A stretch of 62,217 bases of DNA, counting the filler, from Sphacelaria rigidula (taxonomy: Eukaryota), in NCBI GenBank assembly GCA_964200075.2. It is 10 parts of 10 records of this genome, joined end to end, with 100 filler letters (N's around TTAATTAATTAA, not from the genome) between each part and the next. Parts side by side here need not be neighbours in the genome. Positions count along the whole stretch, not along the records: positions 49,856 to 55,986 come from CAXNAA020022026.1; positions 56,087 to 62,217 come from CAXNAA020022027.1; 8 more parts are not named here. One strand, 5' to 3'. The stretch's first letter is position 1; each line of letters opens with the position of its first letter. The translations under genes were made by a program, and so were the position numbers. Below the pieces are notes generated by a model. The model did not search any database. It had not been told where the DNA came from and saw nothing but the letters and a program-made list of their open reading frames with translations. Shown here piece after piece: positions 51,265 to 62,217 of the stretch.

Positions 51265-52100
51265 GACCAACTCTAATGGAAGCGCTGGTATTTTATTTTG
51301 CAACAATTTCAGAAGAGTTCTTATTTTTCTTTGTCATCGTGGTGAACGGGCACAAAATACTCAACCACGGCAAAGAAAAAAAGTCGGTAAAAATTATTGC
51401 AAAATAAAATTTTAAACGCTCTCATAAGAGTTGACCTTAGGCCAACTCTCATGGGAGAGTTTGTAATTTTATTTTGCAACAATTTCAGAGGAGTTTTTTT
51501 TTCTTTGTCATCATGGTGAACGAGGACAAAATGCACAAGCACGGCAACAAAAAAAAGTCGTTCAAAATTATTGCAAAATATAAGTCTAAACGCTCCCATC
51601 AGAGTTGGCCTTAGACCGACTCTGATGGGAGCCGTTTAAAATTCCGGTCGAAACCTGCCTTTTTTGCCCTTCTCCGTCGTTTTGCGCCTGAAAAGAGGGC
51701 TGGGCGGGTGGTCACGCGTTGGAATGAATGCTCTACTCATTGAGGCCATTCAAGGGCAACTTTGCATTCCCCGCTGGCCGCACTTTCATTTTTGGACGAA
51801 AACGGATTTTCAACAAAAAACAGTCAAGGGATAAAAAAACGGGGGGGAAGGGGGGGGAAGGGGGGCTTTAGATCACCTGACCGTTTTTTACTGAAAATTC
51901 GTGTTAGGCCTGATTTGGTCAAGACAAAAGTGCGGCCAGCGGGAAATGCGGAGTTGCCCTAGAACGGTCTCAACGAGTAGAGCAAGTCATTCCAAGGCAT
52001 CAACATCCGCCACGCCCTCTTTTCAAGCGTAAATCGACGGAGAAGGGCCCAAAAGCCAGTTTTCGATTGGAATTTTGAACGGCTCCCATTAGACATGGCA
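51265..52100. mobile_element. Three abutting TIR-bounded modules separated by TTA (Harbinger/Tourist-like MITE array)
   Basis: Units are 51265-51436, 51440-51610 and 51614-~52100. Each starts G(G/A)CC(A/G)ACTCTNATGG(G/A)AG and ends with its approximate reverse complement. TTA lies at 51437-51439 and 51611-51613. Confidence 0.75.
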
Positions 52101-54499
52101 CTTTCTCTTTCGATAAAAAAGTGCCTTCGAATTTTCTTTCGCCGATCTGATAGGTCTACCGCATTCATGTTCCCTGGAGGCTTCAAATCTAAAGTATAGT
52201 TAGCGGCGCGCGGAGAAGAATAGGTCGAGGTGCAATCGTTTCCGATCGAAAACATGCGGTCGAGAGGCACGAATCGGCACTTGACTTTTACCTTACAGAC
52301 CACTACGCCAGATAACACCTGTTCACAGGATCATGCAAACTTCATCCTCAGCTACCACCGCAACCCTGCAGCATAGAGCACAAGTTGAGCCCAGGGATAG
52401 ATATACTGCAGTAGTTGGGTGTGCTTTGGTTGTTTTTGTTGGCGAAAACTTGCGCATCTTCCCTCATGTTGTGGATCAGTGACGGAACTGCGTGGTACGG
52501 TGGGCAAGTATTAACCCGATATGTTCAACAGTTGCCGTGTAGTACAGCCAGTATACCGAAAATCTCGAATTTGAGAATCCTCTTTTGATACGGCACTTTG
52601 TCCTTGGTTTCGTCTATGTTTGCTGCAGTTTGACTCAACTCAGGAGAGAGGAGTGAGATCGAGGTAAAGTGTCTAAATTAGCGCCATTCTTGGCCCGTTG
52701 ACTGCGAGGGTAGATTATCTGTTCATACAGTAAATCTTGAAGTGAAACTGATTCAACAGATGATCTGCGCTTGCGGCCGAACGGTAGAGCGTGGTTTTTC
52801 CTATCCGATGGATGGCGGGTAATGTGTCAGCCCTCACCAACAGGCACACTCATATATATACACACAAGAACATCTTGCACTGGCTCCTTTTAAAAATCCT
52901 GTCGTGGTGAGTCATCGAGTCGAGTCACGGACAGCAAAAAAAAAGTGACATGATGGTTGATTGTACCGGAACGCGTCGGCTCCGTCAACTTTCTCCGTAC
53001 CACCCTAATTATCAGTATATTTTCAAGACCAGATTGTGGCCACTATTGAAGACAAAGTGCGATACGCTGCTTTCTCATGGTGCGGTTAGGTATAAACTGG
53101 GAGGGGAACGGACACTTGGTCATGTGCACACGACCTGAAGGCGAGCGCGTGAAGCAGCAACCGAGCTTCACCGAGCTTCGTACAGCACACCCCTTTAGAG
53201 AGGGAGCAGATGACCACCGCTAAAAAACTTCATCGTGGACGATTCTACAGCAGCAGTGGAGAATTTCAACACCATAGAACGCCACTCTCATCTCCTCCCA
53301 AAAAGCCATACGCTGGCTCAGCGTATCAATCCCACGCGACCTTCACGCCTGCTCCGCAAGTTCGCAGAGCTGGAGGCATTTGTTCATGGTAGAGGGCGGC
53401 TACTATCGTGCAGTTTCATCTACCGGGGCAAAATTGAGACGCAACAGAGAACAAACTACGAGTATCAATGTGTGTGTAACAGAGAGAGGTGATGGCCTTC
53501 TCGAGTGTACAGCTTCAACAAGTCAAGGTTGCTGTATCTTCGGTGTATTTGGATGATCGTTTTAAATTGTTTGATGGGAATCTTTGATCTGTTTATCCGG
53601 TCGAGCGGACGCATGCCATATGCCAAAAGGCAGCGACTTCTCTTCACACGAGAAAAGCATTCATGTCTGTTGTACTGTGCCGTGCTGTACAGTTGTACAC
53701 TAGGAAATGAAGCAATGATGTTGTTACGTATGCGCGCTTCCTCATGCGCGCTGCGTATCAACAGTCAGCCATCCAGCTGAGACATACACAGACCACCATT
53801 CTCGGTCGTATCATTAGTACAGTACTAATTTGTCGGAACTCTGCATAATTCTTCACCTTGTTGAATTCTTCGTCATGTCACAACATCTCCGTCATGCGGA
53901 AGGCTCCAATCCAAATAGTACTGCTAGCTGTTTCGATTCATCATGCGAACTATCTTCGTATGCGACAGAGGCAGCAAAACGCGGGCAGGGGTGATGCGAC
54001 AAGATAGCTAGTGCTCAGCAGTTGGAAGCTGGTACCGACCCCCAATCCCGACATAATTGGCACTACGACCAACCTTCACACAGGGGGAGGTTTCTTCGAA
54101 AGGGCCAGTATCAGTAGCCTCTGCTTTCACATGCACCATTTTCCGGAGCAAGAATTAGCACAAACTACGGTGTAGTGCGCCCCCTTAGCTGCCCTGATCT
54201 CTGGCAACCTCCTTGGTGGATGAAACCACTCGAGTTGACGGAGGTCTCCGCTCTCTCCGTGTGTGCCCTTTTGTTTCGTGCACCTCAGCTGCTATTATAT
54301 TGACAGCGTAATACGGTATCGCCACAGCAACAGTTTGAAACTCTGAACGGGGCGGGTTTGATTAAATAGAAGGAGTATATTCAGTATATTGAATAATCGA
54401 TGACAGGAGAGCGTCGTCGTTGAATTCAAAGTTCACAGCAGACCATGACCGCGAAAAAACAGTCCGACATGGCCCTCCGTGAGTCAATAATCCTCGCAC

Positions 54500-54847
54500 C
54501 TTTGCATTACCCTCCGGCAATGGTAAATCGGGCACCAGGAAGGGCTGCCCTTCCGCCATATAGTTCCCAACACTGCCTCCATCAGATGACGCTGTACTAA
54601 GATTAATACCCCGCGATTCGTCCATCATTTCAGCTGCAACAGCTGCACAGGAGATTGCATCGTCACCTTCGACCCATTGGACTGTAAACCCGGTCCCGAT
54701 CTCGCGTAGAGGGTAGATTTCTGCTGGAAAGGTCTCTAGCAGGGGGCGCAGCAGGGGTTGCTTGGCGTTTCCTGAGTCGGCCATTTTCTCGTATGGCTCT
54801 GGTGATAGGGTAGCGGAACTGCTGGACGTTGTGGCCGTGGTCTTCGT
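54500..54847 (-). CDS. Probable internal exon of an unidentified protein
   Basis: 348 nt, phase 0-0, ttcaTAG acceptor and AAG/GTGCGA donor; TKTTATTSSS...LLETFPAEIYPLREIGTGFTVQWVEGDD...PFLVPDLPLPEGNAK. Confidence 0.55.
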
Positions 54848-55524
54848 CTATGAATACGGGTTGAGTTTAATGCGGCGAGTGATGTTGCATGTAGGTTGCA
54901 GCGGTTCAATCACATGAAAAACAAATCCACTACGGGTACTGACTGTTCCATTATCGACAACACTGCTACTGCCGTGCATACACTGATACAAGTCTAAACC
55001 TCGACTTGGAATGTATATCGCAAATGATGTAAAATTACCAAAGCAGCTAGGTATGATATTTTTGGTGTATGTTTTGTCATTACATCGATACTCCCATTAT
55101 TAACTGTATCCTCTCCGTCCCTCGCATGAAAAAAATATGGTTCGGAGACTGAGGATATCTATTGGATTATAATGCTGTCATGTATTCTCAAAAAAAGATA
55201 ATGACTGTTTAAACCTGGCCGAGAGGGTAGTCTGCTTGGATCATGCACACGTACTTTTTTTAAGCCGGTTCAACAAATGACACATGGCCGCCGTCAAAGG
55301 GTATAGCAAATCCAGATGAAGGCGAGACTCAAGGACAGTGTTGTTCCTTTTCAATGTGTAAGGAAGGCATTCCACAGTGATTAACATTCATCATCCGTGG
55401 CGTCAATTGAAGACGATCATGGCCTAGAATATGATGAGACTGGAGGGGTAGACCCCTAGGCTCCACATCGGCACTATACCTTCATGTCGCAACATACCAA
55501 TCACCGCGCAGTTGGCAGCCGGAT

Positions 55525-55695
55525 GGGAAAGGATGCACATCAGTGCGGAAAGGGTGTGTGCTTATTGCACGATATGTATCCGGCCACGGCATGCCCGGCG
55601 ACGTTGACACTGTGCGTTCCTAACGGCAGTACAGCGAGTACTGCAGTTCCTGTACGGCGAACCACGTTGGCAGGGCTCGAATACCCGCGATATGT
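55525..55695 (+). repeat. Dispersed repeat shared with 60358-60540
   Basis: ggaaaggatgca...gttgacactg.g.gttccta..ggcagtaca.cgagtactg...agggc..gaatacccgcgat occurs in both. Confidence 0.8.
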
Positions 55696-55867
55696 GAAAA
55701 AAATCACGGGAACCGTAGGTAAGGTACCGTACCGACCGTATCCCCGGCATTTACCGGGTATCTCATACTGTGGTATGCGTGCGTATTGTAGGTATGGGTT
55801 TTTAAAATATCTGATTGAGCGGGTACGGTAGATATTGAACTCTAGAAATACCGTGGTATCGTAGGTA

Positions 55868-55986
55868 TGTGTGTTGTGTTGTGCCATTTATTCTGGGCAC
55901 CAGTCTACACTTTTCGGTATATGCAGGCGCATCAGCCGGGGTCACACAGGAGGAAGGTCAGCACAGGACCTTTTTTTTTTTTTAAT
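55868..55986 (-). mobile_element. SINE-like tail at contig end
   Basis: tattctgggcaccagtctac...gcgcatcagccggggtcacacaggaggaaggtca is the reverse complement of the 25200-25297 tail. Confidence 0.8.
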
Positions 55987-56086
55987 NNNNNNNNNNNNNN
56001 NNNNNNNNNNNNNNNNNNNNNNNNNNNNNNTTAATTAATTAANNNNNNNNNNNNNNNNNNNNNNNNNNNNNNNNNNNNNNNNNNNN
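55987..56086. other. Artificial contig-joining linker
   Basis: N44-TTAATTAATTAA-N44. Confidence 0.99.
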
Positions 56087-57499
56087 TGTGCACTGAAGAA
56101 CATGTCGTTGAAAAACAGGGCAATGTTCCCGTCACCGCTACTACTGTACTCTGTCACACACATGCCAGCAAGGGCGGTGCTGCGGCAATAACAGATAGAT
56201 CCAATTTGAACTTGAGGGATGTTATTCGTCGCTGATTTGCGCCGACGTCCCCAAGCCGGCCGCGCGAGCAGAACAGCTTGCCACACGCCAGTTGAGGGGG
56301 GTGTATGAGAGATCAAACCCTTGTAGGGGCCTTTTTGACATGCGGAGTGAAACAAGATACCTATGGTGGTGACCAAACTGTTGCTAGCGTGGCGCACAGG
56401 CAATCTGCAGCACACATGCGGTGGTCGCGTCGACAGCTTAGTACAGCACGAAAACCTTTCCATAAGGAATAACTATTCCGATGTCAGGAGGTCATGGATT
56501 ATCACAACTCGAAAGGAGAGATGAGAGTGCTCTACGATCAACGGTATGTCGTTGCATTCGAGACCCACGTCGTCAACCGCCGACAGCAAGGGTCTTGTAG
56601 CTTTCACACGACGCTGTCGGCAGTACGCCAAGCAAACCGGATCATAGCTACCTCCCGTCTGTGCAGTGGTGGTCACGCTAACAGACTGCACCGATTTCGC
56701 AAGACCTGTGTAAGCTAGAGAGTTTGATTTTTATGAGCTGCATACACAAGATGAAAACGCTTCCCAAAACCTTAGGGAGGATGGCTTCCCTGTCCCCCAG
56801 CCAGGCATCGATGAACAAGGAACTACTTTTACAGGCGGGTACAAAACACAGTGGGGCCCGGAGAAGTTTCTTTCCATCAAAACCTGTCTGTGTCTTCGAA
56901 GCTGCAAAGTGTTTCAAGCGCATGGTTTTCTAATACGAACAGTATTTTGTCGAATTCTGTTCCGTTGTTCGAGCACGGTCCGACGCCGATGCCGGAAACG
57001 TTTTGTATTGCTGTTCGACAGTTTCTTCTGACAATCTTGAAAGTTGAAGTGAGACCAGTTTATAGTCTTGGACCTTGTATTTTCTACGTCAAGCTATGAA
57101 CGTTTGGAGTGAGGTGCGGCCGCGAGGTTGTAGCGGAGTGTGTCTCATTAGGAGCAAAACGCATTCTCACGACACTCGTGTCATAGCCAAGGCCATACTG
57201 CATTTCGGTCATGGCTTGGGTGTGATTTGTGTTTTTTCGGAAACAGGAAACAGTTTTTGGTCAAAGTGGTCTGAAATTGTTTCTTGTGTGTTGCTTCGAA
57301 TTGTCGAAATGTGTTTGATTTTCCCGTGTGCAAAATCAAGGAGGGTGTTGATCGTGTGATTTCACTCATGGTAAACGTAAGATTCGGGATACTATAACGA
57401 GACTATCGGAGGAATATGTGGCGGATCAACCGATGGGAAACGGTACTGGTGATTCCTAGGAATGGTACTGTAGAACGACGGTCCGGATCGATTCTCGGA

Positions 57500-58470
57500 A
57501 TGTTCTTGATAGTGCTCATTGTTCCCACTTTTGTTCTCGAATGATCCGGAAACGACGGGGAGTCATCGTGTGGTACACGGTACGTTTCTGCGGGATGAAA
57601 CTGGAGATATTTGCCGTAGCTCGAGAAGGATTCTCGACGGAGATGCGGAGGCGCATCGCTCTCCCCACCATGTTCAGTGTGTGTATGTGTGTGTGTGTGT
57701 GTGTGTGTGCTTTCCTGCCCATGAGCGGTTTGATATAAATGAGATAAGAAAAGACAACAATACACTTCTGCTTCTGGGACTTCATCTTCGACAGCGGACG
57801 CTGTGCGAGATTGCCTTCTACGTATTTGGTTGAGCATTGGGTGCTCAAGTCATATAACTCTAGACTCTACCGAACAGGATTAGGCGCACGTGATGGCTAG
57901 CAATGTTTCAAGGCTATCAGAGGACCAGGGCATAGTGCTGAATTTCCTTTTTACCTAAACGCTGAGGGCCGGATTCAAGCACGTATGCCATGTGGCGCCC
58001 ACCAGGGATATGTCGGATACTTGTGCGGTAGCAGCGTTGGAAGAGTACAGGCAGGCCATGGCATCTTGTGATTGGAAGGGAAGACAAGAAATTTTCTTTT
58101 CCGGGAGATGAAGAACGCAAGGTTTGTCGGATACGCAAGGGAACAGCGCGCCATGGCGCCTCGGGCGATGACAACTAGACTCCAAAAGTATGCGCAGCTG
58201 GCAGGGTTATGGGACAGGAGTTGTCATGCATTATTTTCGAGTAGGCGCGGCGGTCGCGCGAACGATAGCAGGACAAGGTGTAGCCGCGATCATGGCCAGT
58301 GTCGGGTGGAAATTCGGAAAGATTGCGAACCGCTACATAAAGGAGGTATTGTGTCGGGGGAGGCACGCAGGGCACGCGCGTTGGAAGATGCTGAAGAGGC
58401 ATACGCAGATGCAAATGCGCTAGCGGCAAGACTTAGCCCCGCACAGTTTAGTTTCTTCCGTGATTCATGA
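57500..58470 (+). pseudogene. Decayed tyrosine recombinase of a DIRS/Ngaro- or Crypton-type element
   Basis: Joining frames gives QD*AHVMASNVSRLSEDQGIVLNFLFT*(K)TLRAG..CAVAALEEY / NFLFR..AMTTRLQKYAQLAGL / MHYFRVGAAVARTIAGQGVAAIMASVGWKFGKIANRYI. HxxR is at 58229, then GW, then the catalytic Y at 58334. It has stops, frameshifts and a (GT)n insertion at 57678-57709. Confidence 0.8.
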
Positions 58471-61258
58471 ATGCCGCGAGTAGTGACATCTTAATACCAC
58501 GATCACATTGGTTATTTAACGAGCAGTGCTATCCGAGGGCTGAAGGCTGCAGCAAACGCCACAAGTCTGGGTAGATCGAAGAACGCCAGAAAGAGAGGAA
58601 GTTTGGGTGAGGACGGTGACTAGATACCTCATTCCATCCCCATACGAACAGGACGAATCGAGCAAAAGAGGATATACTGCAGTACTTTCTACTGTCCTGA
58701 CAAAGGGTATTGAGGGTTTTCGACAATCAAAGGCGGTGACAGGAAGGGGAAAATAAGTTTTTAAAACGTTCCGAGAATAAGAATCTGTCCCCGGGTAGTC
58801 CGTCTTGATCAGTCCAAAAAATAAGCACAAACAACGCAAGCACTACAGGAGCGTCGAAGGGCTGGGAGATTTTGGTCATCCCGCCCACCTGGCAAGCAGC
58901 AGACAGCTTCACGGACCGTCCTCTTCGCGGGCACAGGGGTCCTCTCAACAGCTGAGTACAGCGGTCGTTGTGGCCGGAAACCCCATTCCACCCCAACACT
59001 AACAGGACGAGGCAAGCAAAAGAGGATATACCGCAGTAAATTTACTGACAGTACGAAGAAAAACCTAACCCTACACCCATATATATTTCTTATAGATTGC
59101 AGTATATCCAGAGTGTGGGAATCTGCTGTACACTCGGCCGGTATGACGCGACAGCGCCTCCTTGTACAAAGTGAGTGCGGTATCTCTCAATAAGACCACC
59201 GTCACGCAAACCGTAGAGAGCTACATATAACTGATTCCACCATGTGCGAAAACGGGTCTCACCTCTACGCGAGAGTTAGCTCGAAGGCGACGACACCCCG
59301 CGCTGGGCGGGTCATACACGATCTGCACAGATACACCAGAGGCTTTTACTCCCCTGGTTGCGGGGTTTCTTCGCCGACGACGAACCCTACTTGGCCACCT
59401 TGTCTCTGAGCACAGACCGACATAAGTCACAGCCGCCGCTATTAGCGCATCGCCCTTCACACTAGCGTCCAGCTCCGGGGGTGGTCCATTGTGTATGCAC
59501 CGCCTCGCCCCGAGCTGCTGCAGCCTCGTGAGCGAACTCTGGAGCGCGGTGTGGGAAGTGTACGCAAACCTGTAATAACTTGTCCGCAATAATAGTGGTC
59601 GCATCTCCGTCGAAGAAGGCGTCAGCCGCAATGTGCACTGGATATTCCTGGTGGGGGCTCGTGTGTTGCGCCGTTAGTTTTATGTCGGGTGCTGTTATGC
59701 AGCTAGGACGAAGCAGCTGCTGAGGCAGTACTAAACAGCGATGTATTAGAATATTGCTAACCAAAATCCTCCTGGATGTGAACTGGGATTGATTCGGGTA
59801 CATTGCAGTGCAGGTTAACTGTACAAAAGATCTGCGGGGCGGAGAAATAATGGATCAACCGTGGGGTCGATGTTGTGTTATGACTAGGTGTGACGCATAG
59901 AAGGCGATGCACTTTGCACGCCCGCACTGCCTCACTTCGCATGTTTACCTACATACTTGGTATTTGGTGGCAGCTCGTGGAGCTTGCATGACCCATGTTT
60001 GGTGAGTCAAGGGTATAAGACCAAAAAAGATTTCATGCACATTCCCCTTTCTCCAGAGCACCTCTTCGAGGAGGCTTTCACTTACGCTAGCGAAACGAGA
60101 GCTTTGCAGAAACGTTTGAGTAAAACTGATGTCAGTCAACACGCAGAGGGACGTTTGAGAGGGAATATCGCGCGTTGAGCGTTTCAGTGTTATTTCTTTT
60201 CAATATTATGGAGGCAGTTTACCGAAGTTATAATTAATCATCCACGGCGTCAACTTGAAACGGTCATGCCCTAAGGCCTAAACCATGCTACGACTAGAAG
60301 GACAGACGTCCTTGGAAGAGAGGTCTCCACGTCAGCACGGATACCTGGCTCTATAGGATAGGAAAGGATGCAACTCACTGCGGAAGGGGGAAGCGTTTAT
60401 TATACGATACGTATCCGCTCACGGCAGTACCCGACGAAGTTGACACTGCGTGTTCCTAGTGGCAGTACAACGAGTACTGTTGTAGTGCTGGCTGTACGAT
60501 GCGAGCCACCTATCGACAGGGCAAGAATACCCGCGATCTACCCGTGAAAACAAAAGAAATTGAAAGTCGCATTCGTCCTACTCTGGGATCAAGTAAAATC
60601 TCTGCACAAGGGCGATCACGCGCCCGCCAGAGAAAGGTAAATATCTTCACGCGGGAGCATACCATCGAATAGTATCCGTTCGATTCTGATAGGAGAAAAC
60701 TAGAGCAACTGCCCCTGTCATTCTCAGACCATCGTGGTAACCGCTACGCTAAGTCTGGCACTGTGAGGGAGGAGACGTTGCCCCCTGCCCGAACAGGTCC
60801 GCAGTGCCCCTTGACAGAAGACACTCTACTCCTTGGCTGCGTTATAAGACCGTGTCTTGCTCGGCACGACATGTGGAGGATCTTAACTGACGCTTATTCC
60901 TCGTCTTGGTCCCAGCCTCGACCGACAAGGGGCCGATGTAAGCAACAAGGATGCCAATATCGACACCTACCTCCGCGCAGATTTCATATCGTCACCGTTT
61001 AGATTTGTCACTATCAAGTGTTCTTGTTTTCAGAATCACCTCAGCAGCCTGCATCATCATCCTTTCAAGCTATGCAGCGCGCAGAATGTCTTGGATCGCC
61101 GAACCTGCTGCGTCAACATTTACCTATGGCTTCAGTCGACAAACGTCAACTTTCGGTGTCATCAAAGGTCAGGTGTATTGTGTTGGGGCGCATGATCTAA
61201 ACAAAATCCCCCAAATTATTGAAAATGAACGACAGTGGTTTAGTGCAGAGTAGAATGA

Positions 61259-61632
61259 CACTTCAAAGGATACTCGCCATGCGCACCGAGTTTTTTTAAT
61301 TTGCCATCTTCGACTTCGAAAGACGCTACTGATCCTCAACCCAAAAGTGCCAATCGCGCAACGCTTACATAACTCGACACCGAAGCGGGGAGATTGGACT
61401 GCGGTTTCTTGCGCGCGCTTTCCACACGCCCAAGCTACGTCGCGTAGTTTGGTTTTCGCATTTGAGGGTGACGCTTACTCGCAAATGACCCATATGTACT
61501 AAAATGATATTTTCCGCTCTGGGGGGGGGGGTTCGGGCCGCTGACGCGACGCCAGCAAAATATCAAACCAGGTCCTCTAGATCTTGGGTGTATGCGGGGG
61601 GCTGTCAAGTGCCGTGGACCGTTCGCACGAGA

Positions 61633-61663
<31 letters not shown>

Positions 61664-61728
61664 TCAGCAGCATATCTATTGCCAGTAAATGTACGTAGCT
61701 GGGGGTGAGTCTGAATCAACCGGCGCCG

Positions 61729-61767
<39 letters not shown>

Positions 61768-62217
61768 ATCGTAGACGGTCCGCGTTCCGACCGGGCGACA
61801 ACACCCACGCACCTTGCGAGTTCTCTGTAGCTCGGCACTTCAAAGGATACTCGCCATACGCACCGAGTTTTTTTAATTTCCCATCTTCGGCTTCGAAAGA
61901 CGCTACTGATCCTCAACCCAAAAGTGCCAATCGCGCAACGCTTACAACTCGACACCGAAGCGGGGAGATTGGACTGCGGTTTCTTGCGCGCGCTTTCCAC
62001 ATACCCAAGCTACGTCGCGTAGTTCGGTTTTCGCATTTGAGGGTGATGCTTACTCGCAAATGACCCTAATGTACTGAAATGATATTTTCCGCTCTGGGGG
62101 GAGGGGTTTCGGGCCGCTGACGCGACGCCAGCAAAATATCAAACCAGGTCCTCTAGATCTTGTGTGTATGCGGGGGGCTGTCAAGTGCCGAGGACTGTAC
62201 GCACGAGAAGCAGCAGC
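61259..62217. repeat. Near-identical tandem duplication, period ~577 bp, containing (CAG)n and (CTG)n tracts
   Basis: cacttcaaaggatactcgccat...gcacgagaagcagcagc starts at both 61259 and 61836; the second copy is cut by the window end. Confidence 0.92.

Noticed and set aside
59390..59570. Possible minus-strand exon (FAYTSHTALQSSLTRLQQLGARRC...)
   Set aside because: An acceptor is plausible, but the frame and donor are ambiguous and no family is recognisable.

Overview
This window is not one locus. It is ten unlinked eukaryotic contigs (7 x 6132 bp, 3 x 6131 bp) joined by nine identical 100-bp linkers (N44-TTAATTAATTAA-N44), so no neighbourhood inference holds across a linker. The content suggests a flagellated stramenopile, probably a brown alga (inference): GT-AG exons in long, repeat-rich introns, an axonemal dynein heavy chain, a 1,3-beta-glucan synthase, a Pmp-like GGA/FxxN repeat protein and RTE LINEs. 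Gene pieces I could reconstruct are: a dynein heavy chain terminal exon; five phase-consistent exons of a WD40 protein; two exons of a callose/glucan synthase; a 2.1-kb first exon of a secreted beta-helix repeat protein; and a few exons of unidentified proteins. The rest is mobile DNA: RTE LINE fossils, a tRNA-headed SINE-like family, a decayed tyrosine recombinase (DIRS/Ngaro/Crypton-type) and a family of long foldback elements. The most unusual structures are (i) three inverted-repeat-bounded modules abutting through TTA at 51265-52100, (ii) an intronic tandem repeat with synonymous-biased divergence at 20080-20580, and (iii) a polarity-switching motif array at 31790-32100. I found no CRISPR array, rRNA or intact tRNA, and no demonstrably new functional system. 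The candidates below are hypotheses.
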